Source: Candidatus Saccharimonadales bacterium
GTDB taxonomy: Bacteria > Patescibacteriota > Saccharimonadia > QS-5-54-17
Direction: 5' to 3'
Length of the DNA: 64,000 bases
Assembly (NCBI GenBank): GCA_040903985.1
Contig: JBBDUI010000002.1
Location: 198,038-262,037 of the forward strand
Position numbers and translations under genes: made by a program. The notes under the pieces are model-generated. The model was given only the letters and a program-made list of their open reading frames with translations, searched no databases and was not told the DNA's origin. Below are positions 1 through 9,610 of the stretch, in pieces. The stretch's first letter is position 1. Each line of letters opens with the position of its first letter.

Positions 1-820
1 ACTAATCCAGCTCCGAGCAGACCGAGTTTCTCCGCTACCACGGCAAAGATAAAGTCGGTATGCTGGGAGGGCAGAAAGTTTAACGTACTCTGTGTCCCCC
101 CACCTAAACCCCGACCAAACAGTTGGCCACTACCGACGGCTATAATAGCCTGATTAACATTGTAGCCCTGGCCTTGAGGGTCGGCCGCCGGGTTAAAGAA
201 CGTCTCCAGCCGAGCCTGCTGATAGGGCTCCAGTAGCTGAGTCGCGAGTGGCAGCACAGCTAGAGCAACGCCGACAAATAGAACTAAGAAGAGCCGCCGG
301 GTACCACTCATCATCGCCATCAAGAACCAGATAGCCGCCATTACCATCACCGAACCGAGATCGGGCTGCAGCATGATCAGTGCCGCCACCGCTCCTAAGA
401 TTAACAGCGAGCCGACGAAATAACGGATCTTTATGAGATCACGTCGGTTATAGGCAAAATAGCGGGCCAGCATAACTATCAAGCCGAGTTTAGCAATCTC
501 GGTCGGCTGGAACTCAAAAAACCCGACCTCGATCGAGCGAATCGAGCCTGACACCGTCTCCCCGATAAGCAGAACGATAGCGAGTAGGGCCAGTCCGACC
601 CCGTACCAAGCTGGAGCAATCCGCATTAATAAGCGGTAATCGATCCGAGCAGCTACCACAAGACCGATTAAGCCAATCATAGCCGCTACCAACTGTACGG
701 TCGGATTAAAGCCCTGTAGTAAGCTCGGATCACGCACGTTAATGGCATGTAAAACTACGAGACCGATTACAGTTAAGAGCAGCACACTGGCTAGTAAGAT
801 GAGGTCGAATTTCTTCAGCA
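1..820 (-). CDS. SEDS-family cell-division/elongation protein (FtsW/RodA), 5' part only; the gene runs off the window start
   Basis: Minus-strand translation from the ATG whose reverse complement is at 818-820 gives MLKKFDLILLASVLL...QPSEIAKLGLIV...GSGQLFGRGLGGGTQ...LPSQHTDFIFAV, the SEDS signature motifs. It is absent from the ORF track because it is truncated by the window edge. Confidence 0.75.
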
Positions 821-900
821 TAGCTTAAGTATAAAGGTCTTAACTGAAAGTTGTTAGGTTAAATCTGGCTAATTTAACCTAACCAGTCGAACCCACCACT

Positions 901-3801
901 CTACCTCTGCTCGAGCCGTACTTCTAACTCCCTATCCTCAACCTTAACCAGGGTGATATCGCCGCTAATATCGGCTGTCACTAACTCCTCAGCTAAAGTT
1001 TCGGCCTTTATCGTAGCGGTGTGCTCTTCGATGGCTCGGGCAAGTTCTGTATCGGCACTAACCAGCCAAAGTTTAATCCGATCATCTACATTAAACCCGG
1101 AAGTTTTACGCAGTTGCTGCACGTGGCGCACCACCTCCCGCATCATTCCTTCCCGTCTTAGCTCCGGTGTAAGCTTAGTATCTATTCGCACTACTAACTG
1201 CTCACCACCGGTAGTCAAGGTGTGGGCTTTAACGTTCAGCTCATCGTAGAGAATCGCCAAATAGTCGCTCACATCTTCATTTTGGGTCAGCCCCACCGGA
1301 GCCCCACTTATCTCCACCCTCGCCAACGGCTGCCGCACTTTAAGCCCAGCATTAGCCCGTTGGGCCAGTCCCTCCTTTACTACCTCGCGCAGTAGATTCA
1401 TTCGCTCTAGAGTCGACTCATCTACCTTACCGACCACTGGCCAGTCCAGCAGGTGCACGCTCTCTCCTCCAGTCAACTTACGGTATAGTTCTTCGGCTAG
1501 AAACGGCGTAAAGGGGGCCATTATCAGACTTAGCTGAGTTAAGCTGTAGTGCAGGGTCCGATAGGCCGCCGCCTTATCCCCGTCATCTTCACTCTTCCAA
1601 AAGCGCTTGCGAGAACGACGTACATACCAGTTACTCATATCCTCAATTAGTTCCAACAGCGGCTTCACCGCATTCGGCAGATCATACTCGTCCATTCGGG
1701 CGTCTACCGTCTGTATGGTGGCGTGAACCCGACTTAATATCCAGCCATCTAACGGATGAGCTACTGCGGCCGATGGATCGTCTAAGCTGCCATCCCACTC
1801 CCAGCCATCGACTTCAGCATACATCGTGAAGAAGTCATACATATTCCAGATCATATTCAACTTACGCTGTACATCGCCCACATCTTTCTCGATCAGGGCA
1901 AAGTCCTCCCCTGCTAGAACTGGAGATGAGAGCAGTAGGAGACGCAAAGCATCGGCACTAAACTGGTCCATCAAATCGTTGGGGTCGGTAAAGTTGTTAA
2001 AACTTTTACTCATCTTACGTCCATCGTTACCAGCCAAGGTACCGGTCACGATGACGTTACTGAAGGCTTTTTCATCAAATAGACCAACCGAAACGGCATG
2101 CAGATAGTAGAACCAGGCCCGAACTTGGCCGACATACTCGGCGATGAAATCGCCCGGGAAACTGTCCTCAAACTTCTGCTTGTTCTCAAACGGATAGTGA
2201 AACTGCGCAAACGGCATCGAGCCGGATTCAAACCAGCAGTCGAGCACCTTATCGATCCGCTTATACTCTACGCCGTCTAGCTCAAACGTCACTGCATCGA
2301 CCCAAGGCCGGTGATAATCCTCCAACTCTACTCCGCTCAGCTCCTTTAACTCCGCATAGCTACCGACCACCTTAACCTGTTCTTGACCATCAGCGTTAAT
2401 ACCTTTCCAGACCGGCATTGCCGTTGCCCAGAAGCGATCACGGGAAATGTTCCAGTCCGGTGCGCTCTCTACGGTCTTAGTGAAACGACCGTGTTTGATA
2501 TGAGCGGGAAACCAGTTGATGTCCTCGTTCTGCTCCAGCATCCGCTGGCGCTGACCATCGATATCAATGAACCAGCTAGGATGAGCTCGATACATTAGCT
2601 TAGTACCACAGCGATGACAGTGGGGGTAGGAGTGACGGATATAATCTATCTTCCATACTATACCGCGCTCATGAAGTTCACGAGCGATCGACTTATTGGC
2701 CTCCCAGACCTGCTGACCCTCCCATTCACCATTCATATAGAAACCGTTCTCATCGATGTTTGAGACCAGCGGGAAACCTTCCGTTTGGGCTAATTCAAAG
2801 TCTTCTTCACCGTAGGCGGGCGCTAAATGCACGATACCCGTACCGTCTTCGGTACCGACATAATCGGCGTGCCAAATTTGCTGGGCTCGCTCCCCTCTAT
2901 CCTCAAACAGCGGCTCGTAGTGACTACCCACCAACTCGCTACCCTTAAAGGTAGCGACTTTCTGATACGCTAACGTCTCGTGTTTTTCATTTGTCAGCAC
3001 CTTATCCACTAAATCGCTCGCCAGTATCAAATGCTGGCCATCGACCTCAACTTCCGTGTACTCGACGTCCCGGTGCACAGCTACGGCCGTGTTAGCCGGC
3101 AGTGTCCAAGGAGTGGTAGTCCAGGCCAGTAAATAAGCCTCCCGATCGGTTAGCTTAAATTTAACGTATACACTGGGATCGGTTACCTCTTGATAGGAGT
3201 TATCCATTGCGACTTCGGCTTTAGATATCGGTGTCGCGTCCCGCGTACAGTAGAGCAGCACCCGTTCACCCTCATAGATCTTGCCTTTATCGTGCAGGGT
3301 CTTAAAGGCCCACCAGACCGACTCCATATAGTCTCGATCCATCGTCTTGTACGCGCCACGGAAGTCGACCCAACGACCGATCCGCTCAATCGTCGACTCC
3401 CACAAGTCTCCGGTCGCTACCATATTATCCCTACAGGTCACGATATACTCTTCTAAAGATATCTTGGTCCCGATATCCCGCTTATCGACAATGCCCAGTT
3501 TTTGCTCGGTAAAGACTTCCGCCGGTAAACCGTGACAGTCCCAGCCCCATTTACGCTCTACCCGCCGGCCTTTCATCGTCTGATAGCGTGGCACGGCGTC
3601 TTTAACGATCGAGCTCAGTAGAGTCCCGTGGTGTGGCACGCCGGTAATAAACGGCGGTCCGTCATAGAAAACATAGGCATCTTCCTTTGGTCGTTGAGCG
3701 ACAGACTTCGCAAATATATTAGCCTCCCGCCAGTAGGCGACAAGGTCACGTTCGTACTCGACTGCTGGACGTCGGCTGCCCGATTGAAACTGCATTAACA
3801 T
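901..3801 (-). CDS. ileS: isoleucyl-tRNA synthetase
   Basis: 966-aa class I aminoacyl-tRNA synthetase. HIGH-type motif (PHHGTLLSS), KMSKS, CP1 editing domain and a C-terminal Zn-binding region are present. Confidence 0.9.
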   Translation of the reverse strand: MLMQFQSGSRRPAVEYERDLVAYWREANIFAKSVAQRPKEDAYVFYDGPPFITGVPHHGTLLSSIVKDAVPRYQTMKGRRVERKWGWDCHGLPAEVFTEQKLGIVDKRDIGTKISLEEYIVTCRDNMVATGDLWESTIERIGRWVDFRGAYKTMDRDYMESVWWAFKTLHDKGKIYEGERVLLYCTRDATPISKAEVAMDNSYQEVTDPSVYVKFKLTDREAYLLAWTTTPWTLPANTAVAVHRDVEYTEVEVDGQHLILASDLVDKVLTNEKHETLAYQKVATFKGSELVGSHYEPLFEDRGERAQQIWHADYVGTEDGTGIVHLAPAYGEEDFELAQTEGFPLVSNIDENGFYMNGEWEGQQVWEANKSIARELHERGIVWKIDYIRHSYPHCHRCGTKLMYRAHPSWFIDIDGQRQRMLEQNEDINWFPAHIKHGRFTKTVESAPDWNISRDRFWATAMPVWKGINADGQEQVKVVGSYAELKELSGVELEDYHRPWVDAVTFELDGVEYKRIDKVLDCWFESGSMPFAQFHYPFENKQKFEDSFPGDFIAEYVGQVRAWFYYLHAVSVGLFDEKAFSNVIVTGTLAGNDGRKMSKSFNNFTDPNDLMDQFSADALRLLLLSSPVLAGEDFALIEKDVGDVQRKLNMIWNMYDFFTMYAEVDGWEWDGSLDDPSAAVAHPLDGWILSRVHATIQTVDARMDEYDLPNAVKPLLELIEDMSNWYVRRSRKRFWKSEDDGDKAAAYRTLHYSLTQLSLIMAPFTPFLAEELYRKLTGGESVHLLDWPVVGKVDESTLERMNLLREVVKEGLAQRANAGLKVRQPLARVEISGAPVGLTQNEDVSDYLAILYDELNVKAHTLTTGGEQLVVRIDTKLTPELRREGMMREVVRHVQQLRKTSGFNVDDRIKLWLVSADTELARAIEEHTATIKAETLAEELVTADISGDITLVKVEDRELEVRLEQR

Positions 3802-3804
3802 CTC

Positions 3805-4110
3805 CTTTATAAAATAAGAAAGCCCACAACAAATATGGTTGCAGGACCCCCCGCCATTGGCGGAGGAGGTACCATCCTTGCTGAGGACTTAATTTAGGTG
3901 CGGTCTCACGGGCCACGCCGTCGAGGTCTACTCGCCCCGCACCTGAAGCTTGTAACACGGCTTCAGGTGCGGGGCTTTCTGCTCGCTCCCTTCCCCCGCC
4001 CGGGCGGTAGGACACGCGGTTGATAGCCGCTTGATAGGGATTTACTCATGTAAACGTTCACTCTCTATTGTAGGTAAGACTCGCCCCTAATGCAACGGAT
4101 TTGCCCTGCG
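3805..4110 (-). promoter_or_regulatory. putative T-box riboswitch leader (Ile specifier AUC) upstream of ileS, probably acting by SD sequestration
   Basis: The minus-strand sense sequence contains an AGAGA box, a specifier-like loop ...CCCUAUCAAGCGG (AUC plus a purine), and a T-box-like AAUUAAGUCC...GGAUGGUACCUCCUCCGCC with a UGGU bulge. A CCUCC tract can pair with the AAAGGAGA SD located 7 nt before the ileS AUG. No clean U-run terminator was seen. Confidence 0.5.
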
Positions 4111-4380
4111 CTAAACACTACTCCAGGCGTAGTACTCTACCTCCGAAACGGTCGGTAAGGTCGCCGACCAAGTCTGCAGCGCTTGACCATCACTGGTTTT
4201 AACCGCTAGGACGGCCGGATAAGCGGTGATGCCATAACTCTGCACCTTAGCCGCTCCATCCCGGCTATCAACGTCAACTAGGTCGTGCTCGATACGCCGT
4301 TTCTCCAGCTCGCGAGTAAACTCCTCAACCGCCCGGCTATGCTCAGAACTGGGTCGGTACAGAATATAAATCATACCCAT
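4111..4380 (-). CDS. small thioredoxin/glutaredoxin-fold-like protein lacking the CxxC cysteines
   Basis: 89 aa. The fold-like pattern IYILYRPSSEHSRAVEEF places PSSEHS where Trx/NrdH proteins carry CPxC. The protein has no Cys at all. It lies next to nrdJ. Confidence 0.35.
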   Translation of the reverse strand: MGMIYILYRPSSEHSRAVEEFTRELEKRRIEHDLVDVDSRDGAAKVQSYGITAYPAVLAVKTSDGQALQTWSATLPTVSEVEYYAWSSV

Positions 4381-4640
4381 ATCTTATTACCTTAAGCACA
4401 AACCGTAAAGCTTCCCCACCTAAACTACCTTAAAATTTGTAGCAAATTTTTTAACGATCGCAAACAAATTTATTACAAAAATTAGTCCATTAGTTGTAAC
4501 TTCCGTCGTTGTTAACTCCGTATCTGCTACCGATAAATCGGTCTAAGATCTCATTAAAATAAAACCAGAGAGTAATCCTGAGAAAGTAACTGCACCCCGT
4601 TACGGGGTGCAGTTGGGCTCACCTAGCTAGTGTAGTAGGT

Positions 4641-7517
4641 CTAGCTGCAGCCGGTAGTGGTACCGCAAGCGGTACAGACGTGACAGCTGCCAGAACGAAC
4701 TGTGACGTTACCACAGTTGTAACACAGCGGTGCATCGTTGGTCGCACCTTTAACCTGAACCGGATTTGCCTGCGTGCGGCTGCTCTCTTGAGCGATCGGG
4801 TTACCGGCCGGTGTACCGGCGCCATAAGCTCCTTCGCTAACACTGGGGGATTCCGGCGCGACCACTGGCACTTCATCGGCCGGCTCGTCCACAGCTAGAG
4901 TAGTTTGAGCCTCCACTTCGGCCGCTTCGACGTTAAAGCCCAGCTCCTTACGGTCTTCCCAGGGTAGGTACTCGAGCCCTAGGCGACGGAAGATGTAGTC
5001 CATCACTGAGCTAGCCATCGGTACTTCTGGGTCATCCGTCATGCCGCTCGGTGCAAAGCTCATACTCATATACTTACGCACATAGAACTTCAGTGGCACA
5101 CCATACTGTAAGCCGTTACTGATCGAGATAGCGAAAGCATCCATCAGTCCGCTCATGGTCGAGCCTTGCTTAGCCATGCTAATGAACAGCTCTCCAACTT
5201 TACCATCCTCATACTCACCAACCGTGAAGAAGCCTTTGGAGCCACCGACACTAAACTCAAAAGTACGAGCCGCTCGTGAACGAGGTAGTTTACGGCGGAC
5301 CGGAGTTTTTACTACGAACCCTTCACTACTCTTCTCGTTCTTCTCAGCCTCTGCGGCCGGAGTAGTCGCACTCGGTCCATTCGCCGGCTTCTCCTCTTTC
5401 TTAGCCATCGAAAGCGGCTGAGCTACCTTACAGTTATCCCGGTAGATCGCTACCGCCTTGAGGCCGAGCTTCCAAGAGAGCATGTGCATCTCAGCTACAT
5501 CCTCCACACTGGCCTCTTCTGGCATATTAACCGTCTTCGAGATGGCTCCGCTGATAAACGGCTGAACCGCCCCCATCATCCGAATGTGACCCTCGTAGTG
5601 GATAGTGTTGTCCCCCATTGAGCAGGCAAATACCGGTAGGTGCTCCGGTCGAATATGCGGCGCGCCGATAATCGACTTGTTCTCATCGATGTAGGCGATA
5701 ATATCCTCGACCTGAGTCGGATTGAAACCGAGATTTTTCAGGGCGCGCGGTACCGTCTGATTGACGATACTCATCGTTCCACCACCAACTAACTTCTTCA
5801 GCTTAACCAGACCTAGATCTGGCTCAACTCCGGTAGTATCACAGTCCATCATGAAACCGATCGTACCGGTCGGGGCCAGTACTGTAGCCTGGGAGTTACG
5901 CACGCCGTGTAGTTTACCCTGCTCGACCGCTTCATCCCAGACAGCCTGAGCACTACTGTGTAGCTCTTCCGGTACGAGGCTAGGGTTAATCTTCATCACC
6001 TCTTCCCGGTGCTGCTGCAACACCTTCAGCATCGGCTCACGGTTCTTCTCATAGCCGGCGAATGGACCGACCCGACGAGCTAACCGTGCGCTGGTTGCAT
6101 AGGCGTGACCGGTCATAATACCGGTTAACGTAGCGGCCCAAGCACGACCTTCCTCAGAATCGTATGGTAGACCGAGTGCCATCAGTAGGGCACCGAGGTT
6201 AGCATAGCCTAAGCCCAGCTGGCGGAAGTCGTAAGCGGTCTGGGCGATACTATCGGTCGGATAGCTAGAGTAGCCAACTAGGATTTCCTGAGCAGTAAAG
6301 AGGATTTCGATCGCTTGCTTATAGCTAGCGACATCGAAAGCTTCGCCCTCCGGCTGGAACTTCAAGAGGTTAAGGCTGGCTAAGTTACAGGCCGAGTTAT
6401 CAAGGTGCATGTACTCACTACATGGGTTAGAGCCGTTAATACGGCCGGTGTTACTGGCAGTATGCCAGTGGTTAATAGTGGTATCGAACTGCAGCCCTGG
6501 GTCGGCACATTCCCATGCCGCTTGAGCGGTCGACTGCCAGAGTTCCCGAGCTTTAACCGTCTTAACCGTCTGACCGTCTTTGACAGCTTTCAGTTCCCAG
6601 TCGCCGTCTGCTTCCACAGCACGCATGAAGTCATCAGAAACGCGCACCGAGTTGTTGGCGTTCTGATACTGAATCGATACGGTATCACGACCGTCAAAGT
6701 CGACGTCGAAACCGGCCTCTCGCAACGCCCGAATCTTGTCTTCCTCACGAGCTTTTAGGGTGATGAACTCTTCTACATCCGGGTGGTCGACGTTCAGTAT
6801 CACCATCTTGGCGGCACGGCGAGTCTTACCGCCTGATTTAATCGTACCGGCAATCGAGTCGGCCCCACGCATGAAACTGACCGGACCGGAGGCCTTACCA
6901 CCACTGGAGCTCAGACCTTCTTCACTGGAGCGAATCGAGCTGATATTAATCCCGGCGCCCGAACCACCCTTAAAGATCATGCCCTCTTCGGTATACCAGT
7001 TCAGAATCGACTCCATCGTATCCTCGACAGCGAGGATAAAGCAGGCGCTGGCCTGCTGTGAGCGATTCTTCACTCCGATATTAAACCAAACCGGTGAGTT
7101 AAAAGCCGCTTTCTGATGAACTAACAGGTGCTTTAGCTCATGGTTGAAGACCTCAGACTCCTCCTCGTCGGTAAAGTAGTGCTTCTCTAGGCCGTGCGTA
7201 GTTATGGTGTCAGCCACCCGGTCGATCAGCTGTCGCAAGGAGTTTTCTCGGTCGCTCTCGCCTGGTGTACCGGAAAAATATTTCTGTGCCACGATGTTAG
7301 TGGCGTTCTGACTCCAACTGACGGGAAATTCAACGTCTTTCTGTTCGAAAGCCACCTTGCCATCGATGTAACTCGTAATCCGAGCGTCACGGCGGTCCCA
7401 CTCCACCTCCGTATAAGGGTGTACGCCCTTAGTTGTAAAATGTCGTTTGAGCCCGAGCCCAGTGTCGATAGAGTCCATCGATCCCTCCTTTGTTGTTTTT
7501 ATTAGATAACTCTTCAC
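4641..7517 (-). CDS. nrdJ: class II (adenosylcobalamin-dependent) ribonucleotide reductase
   Basis: 958-aa RNR catalytic-barrel protein of the NrdJ type. It has a C-terminal Cys-rich tail (CYNCGNVTVRSGSCHVCTACG) and sits downstream of nrdR. Confidence 0.85.
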   Translation of the reverse strand: MKSYLIKTTKEGSMDSIDTGLGLKRHFTTKGVHPYTEVEWDRRDARITSYIDGKVAFEQKDVEFPVSWSQNATNIVAQKYFSGTPGESDRENSLRQLIDRVADTITTHGLEKHYFTDEEESEVFNHELKHLLVHQKAAFNSPVWFNIGVKNRSQQASACFILAVEDTMESILNWYTEEGMIFKGGSGAGINISSIRSSEEGLSSSGGKASGPVSFMRGADSIAGTIKSGGKTRRAAKMVILNVDHPDVEEFITLKAREEDKIRALREAGFDVDFDGRDTVSIQYQNANNSVRVSDDFMRAVEADGDWELKAVKDGQTVKTVKARELWQSTAQAAWECADPGLQFDTTINHWHTASNTGRINGSNPCSEYMHLDNSACNLASLNLLKFQPEGEAFDVASYKQAIEILFTAQEILVGYSSYPTDSIAQTAYDFRQLGLGYANLGALLMALGLPYDSEEGRAWAATLTGIMTGHAYATSARLARRVGPFAGYEKNREPMLKVLQQHREEVMKINPSLVPEELHSSAQAVWDEAVEQGKLHGVRNSQATVLAPTGTIGFMMDCDTTGVEPDLGLVKLKKLVGGGTMSIVNQTVPRALKNLGFNPTQVEDIIAYIDENKSIIGAPHIRPEHLPVFACSMGDNTIHYEGHIRMMGAVQPFISGAISKTVNMPEEASVEDVAEMHMLSWKLGLKAVAIYRDNCKVAQPLSMAKKEEKPANGPSATTPAAEAEKNEKSSEGFVVKTPVRRKLPRSRAARTFEFSVGGSKGFFTVGEYEDGKVGELFISMAKQGSTMSGLMDAFAISISNGLQYGVPLKFYVRKYMSMSFAPSGMTDDPEVPMASSVMDYIFRRLGLEYLPWEDRKELGFNVEAAEVEAQTTLAVDEPADEVPVVAPESPSVSEGAYGAGTPAGNPIAQESSRTQANPVQVKGATNDAPLCYNCGNVTVRSGSCHVCTACGTTTGCS

Positions 7518-7568
7518 CTCACTCCGCTAACCATTTGCATAAACGGAGTAAGTCAAAGGGTCAGCCCT

Positions 7569-8033
7569 TTAGTAGGTCCTAGAACCCCCCTTCAGCCGCC
7601 GCAGCTCCTCCTCAAAACTAGCTATATCGGCAAAACTACGGTAAACACTAGCGAAACGAACATAGGCCACCTGATCCAGCTCCATTAGCCGCTCCATCAC
7701 CATCTCTCCAACCAAGGTCGAAGCTACTTCGGTTTCGCCACCCTCGTGAATAGCCCGTTCGACATTATCCACCAGCTCTTCCAGTTGCTGCGGGCTGACC
7801 GGCCGTTTCTGAATCGCCTTATTTAGACCTGAGAGCAATTTCGTGCGGTCAAACAGCTGCGAAGTACCGTCTTTCTTCACCACCATTAGATAAGGTACCT
7901 CGACTCGTTCATAGGTAGTAAAGCGGTGATCGCACTTTAAACACTGGCGGCGGCGGCGAATCGATGAACCATCGCCAATATCGCGGGACTCTACTACCTT
8001 GGAATCGAGATGAGCACACTTGACACATTTCAT
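7569..8033 (-). CDS. nrdR: transcriptional repressor NrdR
   Basis: 154 aa. N-terminal Zn-ribbon MKCVKCAHLDSKVVESRD...CLKCDHRFTTYE followed by an ATP-cone. Confidence 0.88.
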   Translation of the reverse strand: MKCVKCAHLDSKVVESRDIGDGSSIRRRRQCLKCDHRFTTYERVEVPYLMVVKKDGTSQLFDRTKLLSGLNKAIQKRPVSPQQLEELVDNVERAIHEGGETEVASTLVGEMVMERLMELDQVAYVRFASVYRSFADIASFEEELRRLKGGSRTY

Positions 8034-8051
8034 AACGTTGTCTATTTTCCT

Positions 8052-8095
8052 ACATTTAGCGTATGTTCCTGACAGTATAGCACTAGGTATAGTGT
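8052..8095. promoter_or_regulatory. candidate tandem NrdR boxes upstream of nrdR-nrdJ
   Basis: CACTAGGTATAGTGT (8081-8095) and ACATTTAGCGTATGT (8052-8066) are imperfect palindromes resembling the NrdR-box consensus acacwatatatwgtgt. They are spaced about 29 bp apart and lie about 45-80 bp upstream of the nrdR start. Confidence 0.4.
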
Positions 8096-8240
8096 CTGTG
8101 TCAAATCAAGCTGTCTGGGGTGGGAGAAAATTAATTCTCAAATTTGGCAAGATTAGCTATGATTCCCGGGCGCAGTTGAGCTACTAAAAACCGGTCGCGC
8201 TGGTGTCCGACCGGTTTAAGGGAAAAGCTTATTTATAGGA

Positions 8241-9452
8241 CTACTTAGCTTTGTCGTCCTTATCGTCCTTGCGCTTTTTCTTCCGGTTACGTACGAAGGC
8301 CGGAACGTCGAAATCATCGTCCTCTTCCGAGAAAGACCAGACATCCGCCGCGGGTGTATCAGGCGTTGACGTAGACTCGTTCTCCTCGTCGTCCTCATCA
8401 TCCAGGCTGATATCGGCACTAGCGATATCAGCGTCACTAACGATACCTTCGTTTGGCTTATTAAAGTAGGCCAGTCCACTGACGTCGCGTGATTCAGGCG
8501 GAGTGTCGAAGCCAGTAGCGATCACGGTAATGCGCAGTTCACCATCCAGTGCCTCATCAATAGTGGCTCCAAAGATGATGTTGGCGTCTGGGTCGACAGC
8601 GGCGGTGATAGTTTCAGCTGCTTCGTTAATCTCATGCATTGCCATATCGCGGCCACCAGTGACATTGAAGAGCACACCACGAGCCCCGTCGATTGACACC
8701 TCAAGTAGTGGTGACTCGATAGCTTCGCGAGCCGCGACAGTTGCTCTATCCTCCCCGCTAGCCCGCCCGATACCCATTAGCGCCGAGCCGGCATTACTCA
8801 TGATTGCCTTCACATCAGCAAAATCGAGGTTAATCAATCCGTGAACGGTAATAAGATCGGAGATTCCCTGTACTCCCTGCCGCAAAACATCATCGACGAC
8901 GGAAAAGGCATCCAGTAGTGGTGTCTTGCGATCGATCGTCTGTAGTAAGCGATCGTTGGGGATCGTAATCAAGGTATCGACATGTTTACGCAAGCGCTCG
9001 ATGGCCCCATCGGCATTGGCTCGCCGCTTCTCACCCTCAAAAGCAAACGGACGAGTGGCGAAACCGACGGTGAGAATACCCATCTCACGAGCTACTTCGG
9101 CCACGATCGGCCCGGCACCACTCCCAGTCCCACCACCCATGCAGGTCATGACAAACACCATGTCTGCCCCCTGTAAGGCGGCCTGTATCTCTTCTTTCGA
9201 TTCCTGAGCGGCACTTAGACCGACTTCTGGGTCGGCGCCAGCTCCGAGACCACGAGTAGTGGATTTACCGATATGCAGCTTAGTCACAGCCTGTGAATTA
9301 TCCAGCGCCTGAGCGTCGGTGTTAACCGCCACAAACTCGACATTATCTACTCCCGAGGCAATCATCCGGTTTAAAGCCGAACCGCCACCTCCGCCGATAC
9401 CCATTACCTTAATCCGGGCAAAAGTCTCTACATTTGGTACTACTTCTGGCAT
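8241..9452 (-). CDS. ftsZ: cell division GTPase FtsZ
   Basis: GGGTGSG tubulin signature, GGGGGSA, and an acidic C-terminal tail. Confidence 0.95.
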   Translation of the reverse strand: MPEVVPNVETFARIKVMGIGGGGGSALNRMIASGVDNVEFVAVNTDAQALDNSQAVTKLHIGKSTTRGLGAGADPEVGLSAAQESKEEIQAALQGADMVFVMTCMGGGTGSGAGPIVAEVAREMGILTVGFATRPFAFEGEKRRANADGAIERLRKHVDTLITIPNDRLLQTIDRKTPLLDAFSVVDDVLRQGVQGISDLITVHGLINLDFADVKAIMSNAGSALMGIGRASGEDRATVAAREAIESPLLEVSIDGARGVLFNVTGGRDMAMHEINEAAETITAAVDPDANIIFGATIDEALDGELRITVIATGFDTPPESRDVSGLAYFNKPNEGIVSDADIASADISLDDEDDEENESTSTPDTPAADVWSFSEEDDDFDVPAFVRNRKKKRKDDKDDKAK

Positions 9453-9610
9453 ACAATTCCCTCACTTCAGATTTGCAGTCTAGTATAGCTTAATTAATGC
9501 CTAGCCACAAACATTTTGTTCAAGGTTAAAACAGTTTAGTAATTCTTGTACCCGCCCGTATAGAGCCTAAATCGATAGTAATAAAATGTGTTCAATAGTA
9601 AAGTTTATCT

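Noticed and set aside
953-3535. Numerous 60-126-aa antisense ORFs within ileS, nrdJ, ftsZ, ftsA, gyrA, gyrB, pheT, the giant propeller gene and others
   Set aside because: They are entirely nested within, and antisense or out of frame to, long well-supported genes. The proteins are low-complexity.
3746-4015. 89-aa ORF upstream of ileS
   Set aside because: It overlaps the structured putative T-box leader. The Gly/Arg/Pro-rich translation looks like read-through of GC-rich RNA structure, not a protein.
4591-4614. Hairpin CTGCACCCCGTAACGGGGTGCAG after the nrdJ stop, considered as an intrinsic terminator
   Set aside because: A good GC stem but no U-run follows on either strand. It may be a stability or processing hairpin. 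It is not annotated as a terminator.
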